A stretch of 64,000 bases of DNA, taken from the NCBI RefSeq assembly GCF_964204645.1, contig NC_134026.1, forward strand, positions 30,104,150 through 30,168,149, in the 5' to 3' direction. The stretch's first letter is position 1. Every line of letters starts with the position of its first letter. Both the position numbers and the translations under genes were made by a program. The stretch comes from Tubulanus polymorphus (Eukaryota > Animalia > Nemertea). A model generated the notes under the pieces. It made no database searches. It was not told the origin of the DNA and saw only the letters and a list, made by a program, of their open reading frames with translations. This document shows positions 1 to 13,705 of this stretch, one piece after another.

Positions 1-1638
1 GCAGAGGAACGAAAACTATTGAAGATTATTTCTGAAGCGGACGCGGAACGTGTACGGCAGAAGAAAGAGTTGGATCAGGTGATCAGCGAACGAGATATAC
101 TCGGTACACAGCTCGTAAGACGTAACGATGAGTTAGCGTTACTTTACGAGAAAATTAAAATTCAACAATCGACGTTGAACAAGGGAGAAATTCAGTATAA
201 TCAACGACTGGAAGATATCAGAGTTCTGAAACTTGAGATCAAGAAATTGAGACGAGAAAAGGGAATTCTACAGAAAAGTGTCGCCAATGTTGATGACTTG
301 AGGTAAGTAGTATAGTAATGTACTCATGATGAGGAAGGGTCTAGAATATGAATAAGTGATCCTCATGAATTGTTTCATTTAGACGTGAAGTTTATCATAT
401 TCAACGTGAACTGCTGCGAGAACGAACGAGATGTAAAGCTCTCGAGGAAGAACTTGAGAATCCTATGAATATTCATAGATGGAGAAAACTAGAGGTACGT
501 TCGGAAATACTATCTACTAGCTACTGGTCAATAGATTGTACAGGGGCAGGCGGATCTAGTGTAAGACTGGGTCCAGAAGTAAAGAAGAGGCATTTCTCGG
601 ATAAAGTAGCCATGTCAAAGGCCACTTCTTGTTGGGTCCTTACCTCGGTGTTAATACATTTTTGAAGAAACTAGAAGATGCAAATTACAAGTGGATGAGT
701 ATCAAATTTGTAGGTTTTAACAATCTTTGTCTTGATGAAAGGGGCAAGTTCATTGGAAAGGCAGGGGTCCGGACCCCGACAAAACTCCCCAAATCCACTC
801 CTGTAGTTCCAGTAGATACAAATTGTTATAATTGATCCGATGTATTTTTGTAGGGAAGTGATCCGAGTACATACGAAATGATTCAGAAGATACAAACGCT
901 TCAGAAACGACTAATCGCTAAAACTGAAGAAGTCGTCGAAAAAGAACTTTTGATTCAAGAGAAAGAGAAATTATACGTAGAGTTGAAGCATATACTGGCT
1001 CGACAACCAGGTCCTGAGGTCGCTGAACAATTACAGATCTATCAACAAACATTGAAAGAGAAAACTAAACAAATGAAGGTATGAAATTCAGTCTAGATTA
1101 TAGTTGAAAATATATTTCTATCAATTATAAACAACGAGTAATAACTGAGTTGATTTGTTTGTAGACGATGGCTTCAGAGTTGAATATGTACGAATCACAA
1201 ACCAATGAATATAAATATGAGATCGAGAGATTGGCGAGAGAACTACAGGAGGTCAAGAAAAAATACTTCAACCAAAAGAAAAAAGAACAACAAATCAAGT
1301 AAGTTGGAAATGTGTATCGAATGGGCATCTGGCAGGGGTTCTTTCCTGCTGTAGTTTCGAGGGGACTACATGATTAATGAACGAAATAGAAATAAATTTT
1401 TCAATATTTCATAGATGGTACTCAGGCTCACCAGCAGAGCTGGGGCACATGCGTTTAATTGCCAGAGTTATCAGATGACATTTTGAATATTTCTATATCT
1501 GATTCTTTTAGGGAACGTGATCGAGCTATAGCACAAGCTGGAGCCCCGGTGATTCAACCTCAGAGAACTGATGGGCCAAGATTTACTGGTGGTGGATTCA
1601 ATTTAAAACAATCGCAACAACCTAAAGCTGTAGCTTAA
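1..1638 (+). CDS. CFAP58: Cilia- and flagella-associated protein 58 (CCDC147), 3' part; exons ~1-302, 383-494, 854-1078, 1165-1298, 1512-1638
   Basis: Coiled-coil peptides ERDILGTQLVRRNDELALLYEKIKIQQSTL, PMNIHRWRKLE|GSDP, HILARQPGPE and C-terminal PRFTGGGFNL are typical of CFAP58. GT-AG junctions keep the frame; stop TAA at 1636-1638. Confidence 0.92.
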
Positions 1639-2472
1639 CATTCAATGATTCGACCTCGTATTTTAGCCTCCTAATTTATGGATTCTATTGAATTACTGCT
1701 TATAATTTTCACCTTCAATTCCGTCCATTAAATGAATCTATTTATGTCTGAAATTGTTTAATTATATTGTTTTATTTGATTCGATTGATTATTACTCGGT
1801 AAAACTCTGTGATACGTGATTGTAACTTATTTTTACTATAGATAAATAAAGCTAATTCATGCAATTCGAAATATGAATAGTTTTATTTCGGGGCTTTTGC
1901 AACAAGACAATTGGGATTTGCAGGATATGCTTTTAGATATTTCAAATTACGGAAAAACATGAATGTTCACTATGTCCACCCACAAGTATTTGGTAATGGA
2001 ACCCCTTTAAACTTTGGGCTACCCGGCAAAAGAATCTGCTACACCTCTGGATGAGCCGATGCCTCAAATGTGCTATGAACACTTATGACGATAAGCTTTT
2101 ATCAATACGCGTGATTCGTACTTTCATGACTGGGTTTTTGATCCATTCTAATTTCCTCTAAAAGCAACAAAGTTACACGATACACTTATTATATACTAAC
2201 TTTTATTTCATACTATCAATAAATCAAAGCAATAATTATCAATTACTACCAACAGAACTTCAATTGATATTTTGCCTAATTTTCAGATTGTTACGGACTT
2301 AGTTGATCGTAGTCTGGACAGTGAACTGTGGAACAAAATCTAACAACAAACGTAAAATATTTTACAAACAAAAAACAATGTATAAACATATAAAATGTAA
2401 CAACCTACTTGAAGAATAATCGTAACATTGTATCATTTTGTGCTGAATGAGACTCATCAATTCAGATACGTT

Positions 2473-5400
2473 TCATTTTCCTATATTTTCAATCATCCAA
2501 GCCACAAAAATGGTAAAATTCGCTCCTAAAGTCAGACCAAGGACCTGCGCAAATGATGACATCATTCCAGCTATTCTCATGTAGATTTGATTTTCACCAG
2601 CTGCCCTGAAATATAACAATCCTCATATTTGAAAACAGTTGGTTCCACAGGGGCGATATCGTAGTCATCAGTCATCCAATATCCCAGCAACTTATATACG
2701 GGCTAGGCCTATATAGTTGCTGGGACATCGGATGATCCAAGGTATCAATCATCCACCCCCAAACCTCCAACTACGAGCTCATGGTTCATTTTGCTTCAAC
2801 TTTTACTTACTTTTTACAATACATCATTGTTAACCCTGCCAGATAACCGTATGAAAATCCAAACAATATAATTCCGATGACGACCGCCCAATCATTATCC
2901 AATAGAACAGGAAGAGAGCGATATTCAGGTCGGTAATTACAAAACATAAAATACGGTATAAAAACCAATCTTCCGACAGCAACAATTATCAACCATTTCA
3001 TCGGAGGCTGAAAAATACATGAAAAGATTGGGTTATTGAAAATTTTGATTACAATTAATTCTATTTATGTAGCTTATCTGCTGTTACTCCCTATAGCCCC
3101 ACAGACAACTGCTGTTCAAGGCATTTTGTTCTGAAAATGAATACATTTTTTCTCTGACCCAGACATCAGAGGGGTGATGAAATGGTATATAGGAGCTAAG
3201 TATAAATTATTTTTCTTCACTTACCCATTGGTAATGTTGTGGTAATGTACTGGCGGATGCGGTAACAAACCAAAACAATACGAAACCAAATAACTCGGTG
3301 TAATAATTATCTAAAAGAGAATGTCCGAAAATAAAGCAATATTATTACAGCAGATTGTTTATGTCAGTAATTCAGATGGTACAAACCTACGACAGCAAAT
3401 TCCGGATTGATTCGCTGTATATTTCCAAGAATATAAGGAAATATTGATAATGAAATGAATCTTGTAATTGATGCATTAAACAGTTGAATCCATATCTAAA
3501 ACATACAGCATAAATATAGTTATGTTAGTATAACATGTTGATGGCACATGTGACTTGCGTAAATCATCATTGACATCTTTACCTTTTTGAATACCTTTAG
3601 ATAAGGCATTTTAACCACGACCTGTAACTCAGTCACAGCTGGACTTTCATAAACACGATAACGATAATATTTCTACAATCAGTAAAAACGATTTTATATG
3701 CGTGCACTGTATATATTTATATATAGAATGAGACAAATTTGGAAAATATATTCACTTACAATCGATGGAAAAGATAGGAATGTTACTATTGCGATCACCA
3801 CTAGTAACATGGATGCAATAAAATAGAATATTGCAGCAGTTCGCGGAGTTGGTGAACCTAGAAAATAATTCAAAAACTACAGGCTTTCCGTACTCAAGTG
3901 TAATTAAACAACCTGGATGACGAATCCGCTTATGGAAATTTAAAAGAAAAAATGAAAAACAATGAAATTCTTTTGGACACTCTTTCCATCCTCCTCTGAG
4001 ATATTTTGTCGGATAGTTTATTGATCAGATATATGCTTTAAGGAATGTTTTGTCGTATTTGGTTGTTAAAAATCTGTTCGAGTTAAAAGATTTATGACGG
4101 AATAGGGCGAATGTTCCAGACATGCATTGATGCAGGAAAGAAGTCTGTCAGTTTGTCCAGTGGTATAGGGCGGAGATTTTTTTTTGAAAGTATTTCTGTC
4201 CTCCCCTGGAAATATAGCTAAATCCATCATCCAAGTTTTTTTAAAAAAGGTCTGTAATCTTATATAGGCCTACTGTAGGCTACATACTCGCTTTTGTTAT
4301 GATCATGATTAAACCAGTCACAAATCCAGTGGACGCCTAAAAATAATCAAAATAATGTTTAAATAACATATAAATGAAACTAGAAATAAGTCAACAATAT
4401 CAAGGCTATTTTCAATTTTCCTTAAATAAGCAACAGAAACAAAAGTGTGACATTTTACATTGCGACATACTGGCAATTCATGAGAAAATCTCATTTCTTA
4501 ACTATTCTAGAATTTCATGGAATATGATAGTAACATATAATAAATTTACTGGTATAGAATTATACATGGCAGTAGTCAGGTGTTCATACAATCTATTTCA
4601 GTCTCCTCATAATAAGGTTAACAGTTCACTTTAATCTTTCGCAAACATTTCCTTCGAATCATGAGTCATAAACAAAAACCATAAGGTATGCATTCTGAAT
4701 GACATGGAAAACGTCCGATAGTTCACAGACAATAAACTGATTGAAGTCCATCAGAATATAAGATATGGCTAAAAAAAAATTTCCAATATCATTAACTTAT
4801 CGTATCAATTTTTATCACAAAAAATCCTGGCCAGAAACAATTTCTACCCAGCATTAAAAAGATCTTCAAAGAAATTCAAACGTTTCAAGGTAATCATATC
4901 AGGTTTAACAATATCCTGTTCATTCATTATCAAAGGTACAAAGATAAGTTTTATGCCAAGTCAAATTGAGAAGTTTATAAAAATTCCTTTAACCATTTTC
5001 ACCCTTTTGATAATAGAAAATAATTGATTACGTGATGCTGTTAGTTACGCTCAAAGCCAGACCTAAAATTATAATCTAATATACTGGCATACAGCAAGGC
5101 CATATTAATAGTTCTTCTGTTCCCCTAAATTTAAGATTAATTATTTCACTGTATCTTCGGGAAGGAAAGTGTGTCATTAATAAATGTTATGGTATGTTAT
5201 TTTAGAGCCAATTTTTATACGTAGTTATAATATAACTATTCAGCTAGGTTATGTAACCTAGCTGAAATTTTTCACTTCATGTCAGACGGGAAGCACATGA
5301 CATCTATGTGTGAGCTCTTAATAGTGAGATGTGTACCAAGTGACACGAATAAAACCATATATACATACCATTCCCAATACCAAAGCATTAATATACCTGG

Positions 5401-6891
5401 GTGGGAAATTACCAGTTAGTCCAAACAGGCAGTTACTAACAACTCCTGTTGTACCTGATGTGAAAAATTTATTCAAGATTCTTTAAGATTTTTCTTTTTT
5501 TCTTTTAAGAATTATCAACGCAAGACTAGTCAGTCATTGGCGTATAACGTATGTCAATCCTGTTATTTAAAAAGATCATGATAGTTTATTTGCATGCGCA
5601 TTTGTCACTACTATTTTTGAAAAAAAGCTAATATCCTATGAAAATAAACTTCAAAAATCATAATTCCAAGAATGTAATTAAGAGATGATAATTTAGTATA
5701 CTAATTCTGAAATATCATTATCGAAGATTTTTATCGAAAATTAGAAAACATAACTTACAATTTACAAGGACAATTGTTGTCATTGTGATGATGAAAAATA
5801 CATTTGTCCCTGAAAAAACATTTATTGATCCATGTATTCAACTGAACCTACAATGATTTATCATAGAATTATCAATTAACATTCGATTCTTACATTGACT
5901 TGAATCCACACAAGCTAGAACTAATGTAACTACATATAAACTGAATTGAATTAATTGTCCACCGACCACTCGTCTTGTATTACCTCCGTGTACGTGCCTT
6001 TAGAATAGAGATAGAATCATAAACATCACATTAATCATCACTGAAATAACATCAGCAACCAATCTATCTTTTACCTTCCACCGCAATGACAGAAAAGGTT
6101 CACTATATTCATGACAACATTAGGAATTTGTCCAGCCATACCGGCATACGCTAGATAATTCTTCTGGTAAATAGTCTCTGTTGCATTAACAGCCGATGGA
6201 ACCAATTTATAATTAGCATAATACTGAAAACAATATTCAAATCAATACTTTAAAAATTCAAACTTAAAACATGTAAGGTTGAATGTCCTGAGCGTGGGCA
6301 ACTATATAGTTACCTCTTTAGCAGTAAGAAATAGTTGATAAGGTAGAAATAACGCAAGACCTTGTAGAATGAATATGATATAAACTAAATTGAACCTAAA
6401 ATAGAAAGTGATTGATAATAATATGTGTCCAGTAATTTGGAGATAATCAGGTCCGTGCCAAGCTTTTTTGAGAAATCTTGACCCTAATTTTTGACAGGGC
6501 ACTTTGAACATTTTAGGGGGTTAGTTTTCTACCCCGAGCCCTCCCCCTCAACAATCTCTCAAGTTATTGTAGGCCTAAAATAATTACCGGTCGCTTATTT
6601 CTTCTTTTTCAAATAACAGTTGACTATCTTCAACAGACCCTTTTTTCAGTCTAGCTCCTGCAAAATAGCCTAGGTATTAGACGTTATTGACATTAGCGGT
6701 ATTGTATTGGATATTGTATGGAAGACTGTAGACTGTAGTGTGTGCATGGATTTATTTATTTTAGGAACACAAACTAAAAACTTACCTTTTACATTTTTGC
6801 TTGAATTCAATTCTTCCAAGTGGAAGTTACTATCACCTTTGTGCAGACTCTGCTTCTCGTCATCTACGTCATCTTCATCATTGTGTGTCAT
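2473..6891 (-). CDS. Equilibrative nucleoside transporter (SLC29A/ENT family), multi-exon
   Basis: Exon peptides FNLVYIIFILQGLALFLPYQLFLTAKE and GRLVFIPYFMFCNYRP...FGFSYGYLAGLTMMY, plus a final exon with AGMMSSFAQVLGLTLGA, match ENT transmembrane motifs. ATG at 6891, TGA at 2475-2473. Confidence 0.85.
2672..2735. repeat. Near-perfect ~29-bp-arm hairpin in an ENT intron
   Basis: tcatccaatatcccagcaacttatata pairs with tatatagttgctgggacatcggatga. Confidence 0.75.
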
Positions 6892-7177
6892 TTTGCAAAC
6901 TAGTGAGGGAATTGATCGAACAACTGGACCCTGGTTTTCAGACTTTCATATTTGACATTTGATTAGGGGAAAGCCCACATTTTTATTTCCGGGTTTGCCA
7001 TTTGTGTCCGAAAGATAGCGCTAACCATGTTAAATCCTGCACTCTGATTGGTTGAATGGTGACGGGCGCCAGATGGCGTTCAGGTATAACAGGTTTAATA
7101 GAGCTGCAAGTAACACAATCGATCTCACTAACCTGTTTTTTACTGGGACGTGATCGTATTCTGATATTGATAGAAAT
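6892..7177. promoter_or_regulatory. Bidirectional promoter between ENT(-) and AS3MT(+), with a CCAAT box and a CTCF/YY1-like CGCCAGATGGCG motif
   Basis: Start codons are 286 bp apart and divergent; ctgattgg at 7044-7051; cgccagatggcg at 7067-7078. Confidence 0.6.
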
Positions 7178-10100
7178 ATGGCGTCAACTGAAGACAGTGT
7201 TCTTGAGAGCGTACAGGAATATTACGGCAAAATATTAAAAACGTCCTCTGATTTGAAGACAAATGTTTGTAAAACCGCTTGTAATAAGATGCCGGCGCAT
7301 GTGCTGGATGCGTTAAAAAAGGTCCACGAAGAAGTGAATACCCGGTAAGTTACAGTCGTTGATCTTCAAAAATCATCATTTTTGTTTGCAGGCAGGCCTA
7401 AACACGTCAAATCCACCCTAAAAATTAGATTTAGATAATATCACTTGCGGTCCGCAATTTTTGTTGTCCTAATGTGTATTTATTATTTTATCAGATATTA
7501 CGGATGTGGTTTAGTGATCCCTGAATGTTTAGATGGAGCGTCTGTATTGGATTTAGGATGTGGAACCGGTCGAGATTGTTATATAATCAGTCAACTTGTC
7601 GGTGAAAATGGGCATGTGACTGGTATCGATATGACCGATGAACAGGTGAATATGTAGGCCGCCTAGTATTAGGCTTAGGTTGCACACGATTTATGGTTTG
7701 ATCATTTCATCAAATTGATATTTTCATTCAAATCTAAATGTCGTCTAATCATTTTCAGCTTCAAGTTGCCAACCAGTACGTCTCGTGGCATATGGAAAAG
7801 TTTGGTTATACGAAGCCAAATATTAAATTCTTGAAAGGATACATCGAAACATTAGGAAGTGCCGGCGTTCAGCCTGATTCATATGATGTCATAGTGTAAG
7901 TATATTATTCATTAAAAAAACCAGATGGATATGATATCGAAGGGGGCAAGGGTCTGGTCTAAAAGGGTTAACCGTTGATAAAACACTATATCTGTGTTTT
8001 GACATAAAGATAATTCCATACTGATAAGTCTGCAAATTTATCCTTGAGCTAGCATAATTTATTCAACGTTTTGACTATATTTTACTAGTTCTCTTCAGTA
8101 TTCCTCAAACATACCCTGGTAGTCGAAACTACAGTTATGATGGTGGGATTCTCTACATATTGTCTTAAGCATTGATTTATCTTTAACTATTTGTATTTTA
8201 GCTCGAATTGTGTTGTGAATTTATCGCCTAATAAAGAAGCCGTTCTGAGAGAGGCATTCAAAGCTCTAAAGGTAACTTATCGTAACAGATGAGAATGAGG
8301 CGGCTGTTTTTAAATGATAATCTAGAGATATTTCGTTGTATTTATATTTTAGCCCGGTGGTGAACTTTACTTCAGCGATGTTTACTGTAATCAAGATCTT
8401 GCCGCTCATGTCAGGAAAAACCAGATTCTCTGGGGTACGTAACAAATACAGGCGAACCGGATCGTTTGAAATGATGAGGTTCTGGAGTAATCTCTACTAT
8501 TTAATCCATATTAAGTTGGTTCTGATTGTATAGGGCCTACTTTAGCTAGTTTCCAACAAGGCTGAAAATCATTTTTTTCGTGACTGTCAAATTAGGAAAA
8601 GCTTTAAAGGTCGGAATTATGTGTAATATGTAAATCCATTGGTTTTAGTAATAAAATTTGAATCACAGAATAGATATTAATGAAATTTAAATCTCGTGTT
8701 CTAATCTATTCATAATAATTGATCAATTTGTATTATAGGTGAATGTATCGGTGGTGCCCTCTATTGGAAGGATTTGGTGAAGATAGCGATGGAATGCGGA
8801 TTCAGTTGCCCTCGTTTGATCAACGCGAGTGAGATTCAAATCGAACAACAAGAATTGCAGGAAGTTTTGGGTTTGGCTCGTTTCGTGTCTGCTACATATC
8901 GACTGTTTAAATTACCACACGATCGTAAAGAGGAATGCGTCGTTACGTATGACGGCAAATTAGCCGGTTCACATCAGACATTCGAAATGGATCACATGAC
9001 TAAATTCATTGTAAGTATACAACGGTTCTTACAGATCATGGAAATCGGAGAATTCAGGATTTATTTTTCCCTCCAGGCAAAATTTAGGGAATTCACATTT
9101 TGGCACAAAAGAAACTCTTGATTAGAAGCAGTCCCCGCTGAAGATATCTTATGATTTAATCTGGGAATTAGTGATGCCTTGATCTTTAAGAACCTGAAGT
9201 ATAATACATGAAAACTAGACGAAGTGTTAATTATCAGTTCTTATAATTATTGTAATTAACACTTAGTTTTCTAAACTTTAGATTTCACTAGTGTTTGTTT
9301 ACACTTCTACTTATGATTCTAGCAAAAGAAAGCCCACAATCAAAAGCAAAAATTATCAAGTTTAGTTACCTCAGTGTTTCAACTCAGATTACTTCATGAG
9401 TCATTTTTGAAACTGCTTGATAATCAATTGTTTTACAGTTTTTCTTTCGATTGTCGGTATTTCCTTTCAAAAGTCACTTGTCTTTGGAAACCGTTAATGA
9501 TGAATCTTATTTGTTTTATGAAAGGCCGGTGAGAAGAGAGAAGTAGATGCCGAATTGTCAAGTATTCTTCTGTTATCGCGATTTAATAAACATTTTAAGT
9601 TCAGTCCGAGTACAGGCATGGTAAGCCGATTTAAAATTTTCATTATACGTAGAATTCATTAGAATTTGAGCATATTCTTTAGTTGACTTTAGATTGCATG
9701 AATTTTTAATTTTGTTTTCTTGAATTTGATTTGTAATTGCAGGAGGTATGTATCACATATATTTAGAAATTTCACTATCATGAAAAATATAAAGTAACGC
9801 AAATTTTTATCAAAATTGAATTAATTCTAATTCTGAAAATCCAGTATTTTATCCCTCCTTAGAAATTTATAATTTTATTCATTGTATTTGAATTCATCAG
9901 CCTTGACCTTTTAACAATTCAATCCACATGTAGAATATAAATTGATATTATTCAGATTTACATACATCCATACCTCCATTGACAGGTTACGCATCCCTCC
10001 TAACTATTGACTTAATATTGTAATTTGCTGTTTAACGATAAACACTTAATAATGATGCTTAGTTGCACTAAAGCTGATCACTTCGATGAGACGATATATT

Positions 10101-10614
10101 AATGCATTAGTACACACCGTAATGAATATTATAAGAACATTTACCGGTAGCTTGTTAGTTTTAGGAATCAATCTGGAATTTTCATTATTTCTTGTGACAC
10201 TGGTTTTCAGTTACAGCGGTTTCTTCGTGGGTAACTTGCTATTTCTGGTTGCTTGACACTCTTATTATGTGGTGCCATGTGCTTAATGCATGAACAATTG
10301 TATGAATAAGGAGTCACAGATTCGGAGTTATGAAAAACATTCCTAAAATATCTTTTAAAATATAAAAGGTTTTAACAAATTTGTTGTATTGTGGTCTGTA
10401 TTATAAACTGTGTGATTATTATTTTCAGACTCATGATCCAGATCCGTTTAAGTATGCTAATCTAGTTGGAAACGTCGGGACTGGAAAGAATTTAGCTCCC
10501 GAAGATATGGCATTCCCGCCTTGTAAACGCACGGTCGATGACCGGCCAGTGAAATCTACATCGGGATGTCGTAAATGTTGTTCATTCGAAGGCAACGCTC
10601 CCGGCTGTGTCTAA
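7178..10614 (+). CDS. AS3MT: Arsenite methyltransferase, multi-exon
   Basis: VQEYYGKILKTSSDLKTNVC, RYYGCGLVIPECLDGASVLDLGCGTGRDCY (SAM motif), SNCVVNL, GECIGGALYW, FVSATYRLFKLP, DPFK and a Cys-rich tail. Confidence 0.95.
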
Positions 10615-10646
10615 ATACTGCATGGTGGCGATGTATTTGAATTCAT

Positions 10647-10744
10647 GGACCCGGTTCCATAGTTCAGCATTATGTTTAACTCTAGTCTAGAGTTAAAATA
10701 AGTTTGTTTCGGTTGTTTTGACCAACAACTATAAGACTGGGTCC
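10647..10744. mobile_element. Short MITE in the AS3MT 3' UTR
   Basis: Imperfect TIRs ggacccggttccatagtt / aactataagactgggtcc; related ttccacagtt ends occur elsewhere (e.g. ~15730-15812). Confidence 0.55.
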
Positions 10745-13122
10745 TCGCGCTCGAGTGTGTAGTATTTACCGTAAGCTTTTTTTGATTGATTCATATTTCA
10801 CAAGCAGTTTATAAAATTCAGTGATTCTTTTTACAAATATATAAATCCAGACGTATCGGTTGTGGGATTCATCATGCACTCAAGAGGTTCCTCCTGTAGT
10901 AATGATAAACTGCTGATTTGAGTCTTGTGTATTTCCTAATAGTTCATTAGTTATATATCTTCAGAGCGCTTGTGCTGTCAGTATTAAGTGTAACGGATAT
11001 TTGTACTGCTTTATAATGATACGCTTTTGATTAACTGCGACTGAGGTTCAGTGGCCGCTCAATTCACGTTGTCTAACAACAAACATTCTTTAAGCATTTT
11101 AGAAGCAGATATTGCTGCTAGCTGTCTCGATGATTATCTTAAAATGCTATTTGTGAATTATCGTTATTAAATGTATTATGAATGGATAATATTACATTAC
11201 ATGTACTCTATAAATAATGAGAATGTTTGATGTTTTTTGAAGTTTGTTATATAAATTATCACTTTATTGCTCCTACGTTTATCATATCTTCATCTGAAAT
11301 GATGCAATCTTCAGAAATGCAAAACGCAATCAATAAAGTTCCACATGTCGTTATATTCTTCAAATCAATGTCTTCTTGCTTCAGGGTATCTCTTTCTATA
11401 TAGAGGGTGTTGCAGGCGATGTCATAGTAGACTTGCCATACATTTATCAGGGGATTTCGCACTTCGAGGGTCCAAAAGTACCAATATAGGTATAGTTAAC
11501 TGTATGTACAACTATGAGCAAGACAAAAATTTCTAGGAGTTTCGGGCAGTTTGCTCAAATCGAAGGAATCGAGGAGTCCTAGGGACGGTGGATGTTGTCA
11601 AGTGGAAGAGTCGCCATAGCTGCTGGCTTAAAATGATCTCGGCTTTAATTCGAGAAACATAATTGTAGTGAGTAATATTAATATGGTTTAAATGATTTAA
11701 ACACTTTATTTTCGTAGTGTCAACATAACTTTCTTTTAAGAAAAGCTTGATTCGAATCCTGTCACTTTTCACAAGAAACATTATACAATTCTTTACAAAA
11801 TCATACAATTCTAAAATATCCACAAACAAAAAGAAAAGAAACCACCAGATTGCATAAATTAAAGGGTCACCACACATACATAAAACTGGTGGTAAGTTAT
11901 CTCAATATGTTATATGTAAGGTAACCACTAAAAGCAGAAACGGTTGAATGAACATTTCTTTTATCGTTTTACAAGACTAGTGAAACTGATGATTCTTTAC
12001 CAAAGTTTATACGTACATACACTAGATTTCGCTTGCCTAGGATCCCGCGGCCACAAACTTTTTTTTGTAAATCTCAGAGTCGTGAAACGGAGAAGGTAAT
12101 TTATTAAATTTTGTCAGGCGATTATCCGAGGTACTGGTAAGTGCAGCTTACTGTACACTGTTTGTTTGGGTCCCTTTCATTGCAAATTAATAACTATGTA
12201 CATAAATAGTAGTCTCCATATATTGTATTTTTGGCGTTATATTCAATTTTTATATCATATAATAAAGTATCACAAGGAGAATCTATTATTACATATTACT
12301 TACACTAAACAGAAAGAATCGAATAACTTTTCAGTACAATATTCATGTACTCACTTGAGCTTAGAATCTTTTTTTTTAAGTACAAAACAAAATCGGCACA
12401 ATTTCTCGAGATAATGAATGAACGAATAGAAACTTAGTCCGTGATAATCGGAAGGCAGAATATTATTATCTATCTATAGTGATCGCTATTATGTGACAAC
12501 TCTGACGTATTTTTTAACACAGAATATAGGCAGGTTTCGATTGGTCATTACCGATTACAAAATTCTCTTCTGGGGCGCATTCGTTTATACGCTCAACCTA
12601 TTTCGGAATAGCACAATGTATGAACCTGATAGAAGCGGCCGGTAGAGAATTTGTGAACTGGAATTGATATTCCTTAACCGGAATACGATCAATCAAAGCC
12701 TGCCACAGTTTACTATCCGTACTGATTATTAGACTGTTAGCTGAAGAAAACAGACTCGTTAGAAGTCAGTGATGACCGGAAATGATAAGCACATTTGATA
12801 AGAAAAGCAGATCAACCCACAAAATATATCGGTTTCATTGGTTCGACTAGTACACAAGAGTCGGATCTATAACGGGTTCGATGTTCATTGATATCACACG
12901 TCTACAACACTTGAGTTCTCTGTATTTGACTGCTCAAATATTACTTTAATGATTCAAACACAAAGCTGTCTTATTAATGCGACTTATCAATTAAATTATC
13001 CTATACAATATTATATATCGTTTTTTATCCATAAATTACAAAGACTACCTCTCTTTTTTTTCTTAAATATAAAATTATGGCAACAACGCGTAAGATAGTA
13101 TTCTCCATACACCTTTGATATA

Positions 13123-13415
13123 AGCCGTGTTCACACTATCGCTAGTTCGCCCGTTCTAATTTGGCGCGAGAAACTTGAACAGACCGAATCAACGCTGTGC
13201 GTTCATACACATTTCGGTTGTTGTTACTGGTTCAACTTCTGGTATACGCAACTCTGTCATTGGCGGACAATTGAAGTTTCTATTCACCACACAGAGAAAT
13301 GGTCGGTTCTAAACCGGAACAGATCAATTCAGAACGGACTTTTCTCGCTAGCGTGAATGCATCTGTTCTAAATTGAAACTAAATTTAGAACGTTCTAATA
13401 AGTTTGAGCACGGCT
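13123..13415. mobile_element. PIF/Harbinger-like MITE downstream of the KCMF1 stop codon (probable 3' UTR)
   Basis: TIRs agccgtgttcacact / agtttgagcacggct in a TWA-like context. Confidence 0.65.
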
Positions 13416-13705
13416 TTAATCGACGAAAATCATTTAATTTAGATGATTGAGTTGATGTAATGAACAGATATCTCAACACGAGAGATGATGACGTCACACG
13501 AATGTTCGCTACCATATTTAAACGTTAATATTCAACAGCAGGCAAAATACTATATACTTACAAAGATTACATAAATATCGTCGTCGTACAATGCGGTCAG
13601 CTAATATAAGATCACGGAACTGTTTCACCACCATTCACACGTATTTCACTACTGTCTCAGTCGCGAATTATCAAACAGAAAATAAAACCAGTTTCTCTTC
13701 CGTCG

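Noticed and set aside
5222-5266. Two adjacent short palindromes (e.g. ttcagctaggtta/taacctagctgaa)
   Set aside because: Too short for a miRNA precursor; probably a MITE remnant.
10615-11260. Possible SECIS element or selenocysteine in AS3MT
   Set aside because: No in-frame TGA was seen in the exons I translated, and the ATGA...AA segments examined lack the paired GA quartet.
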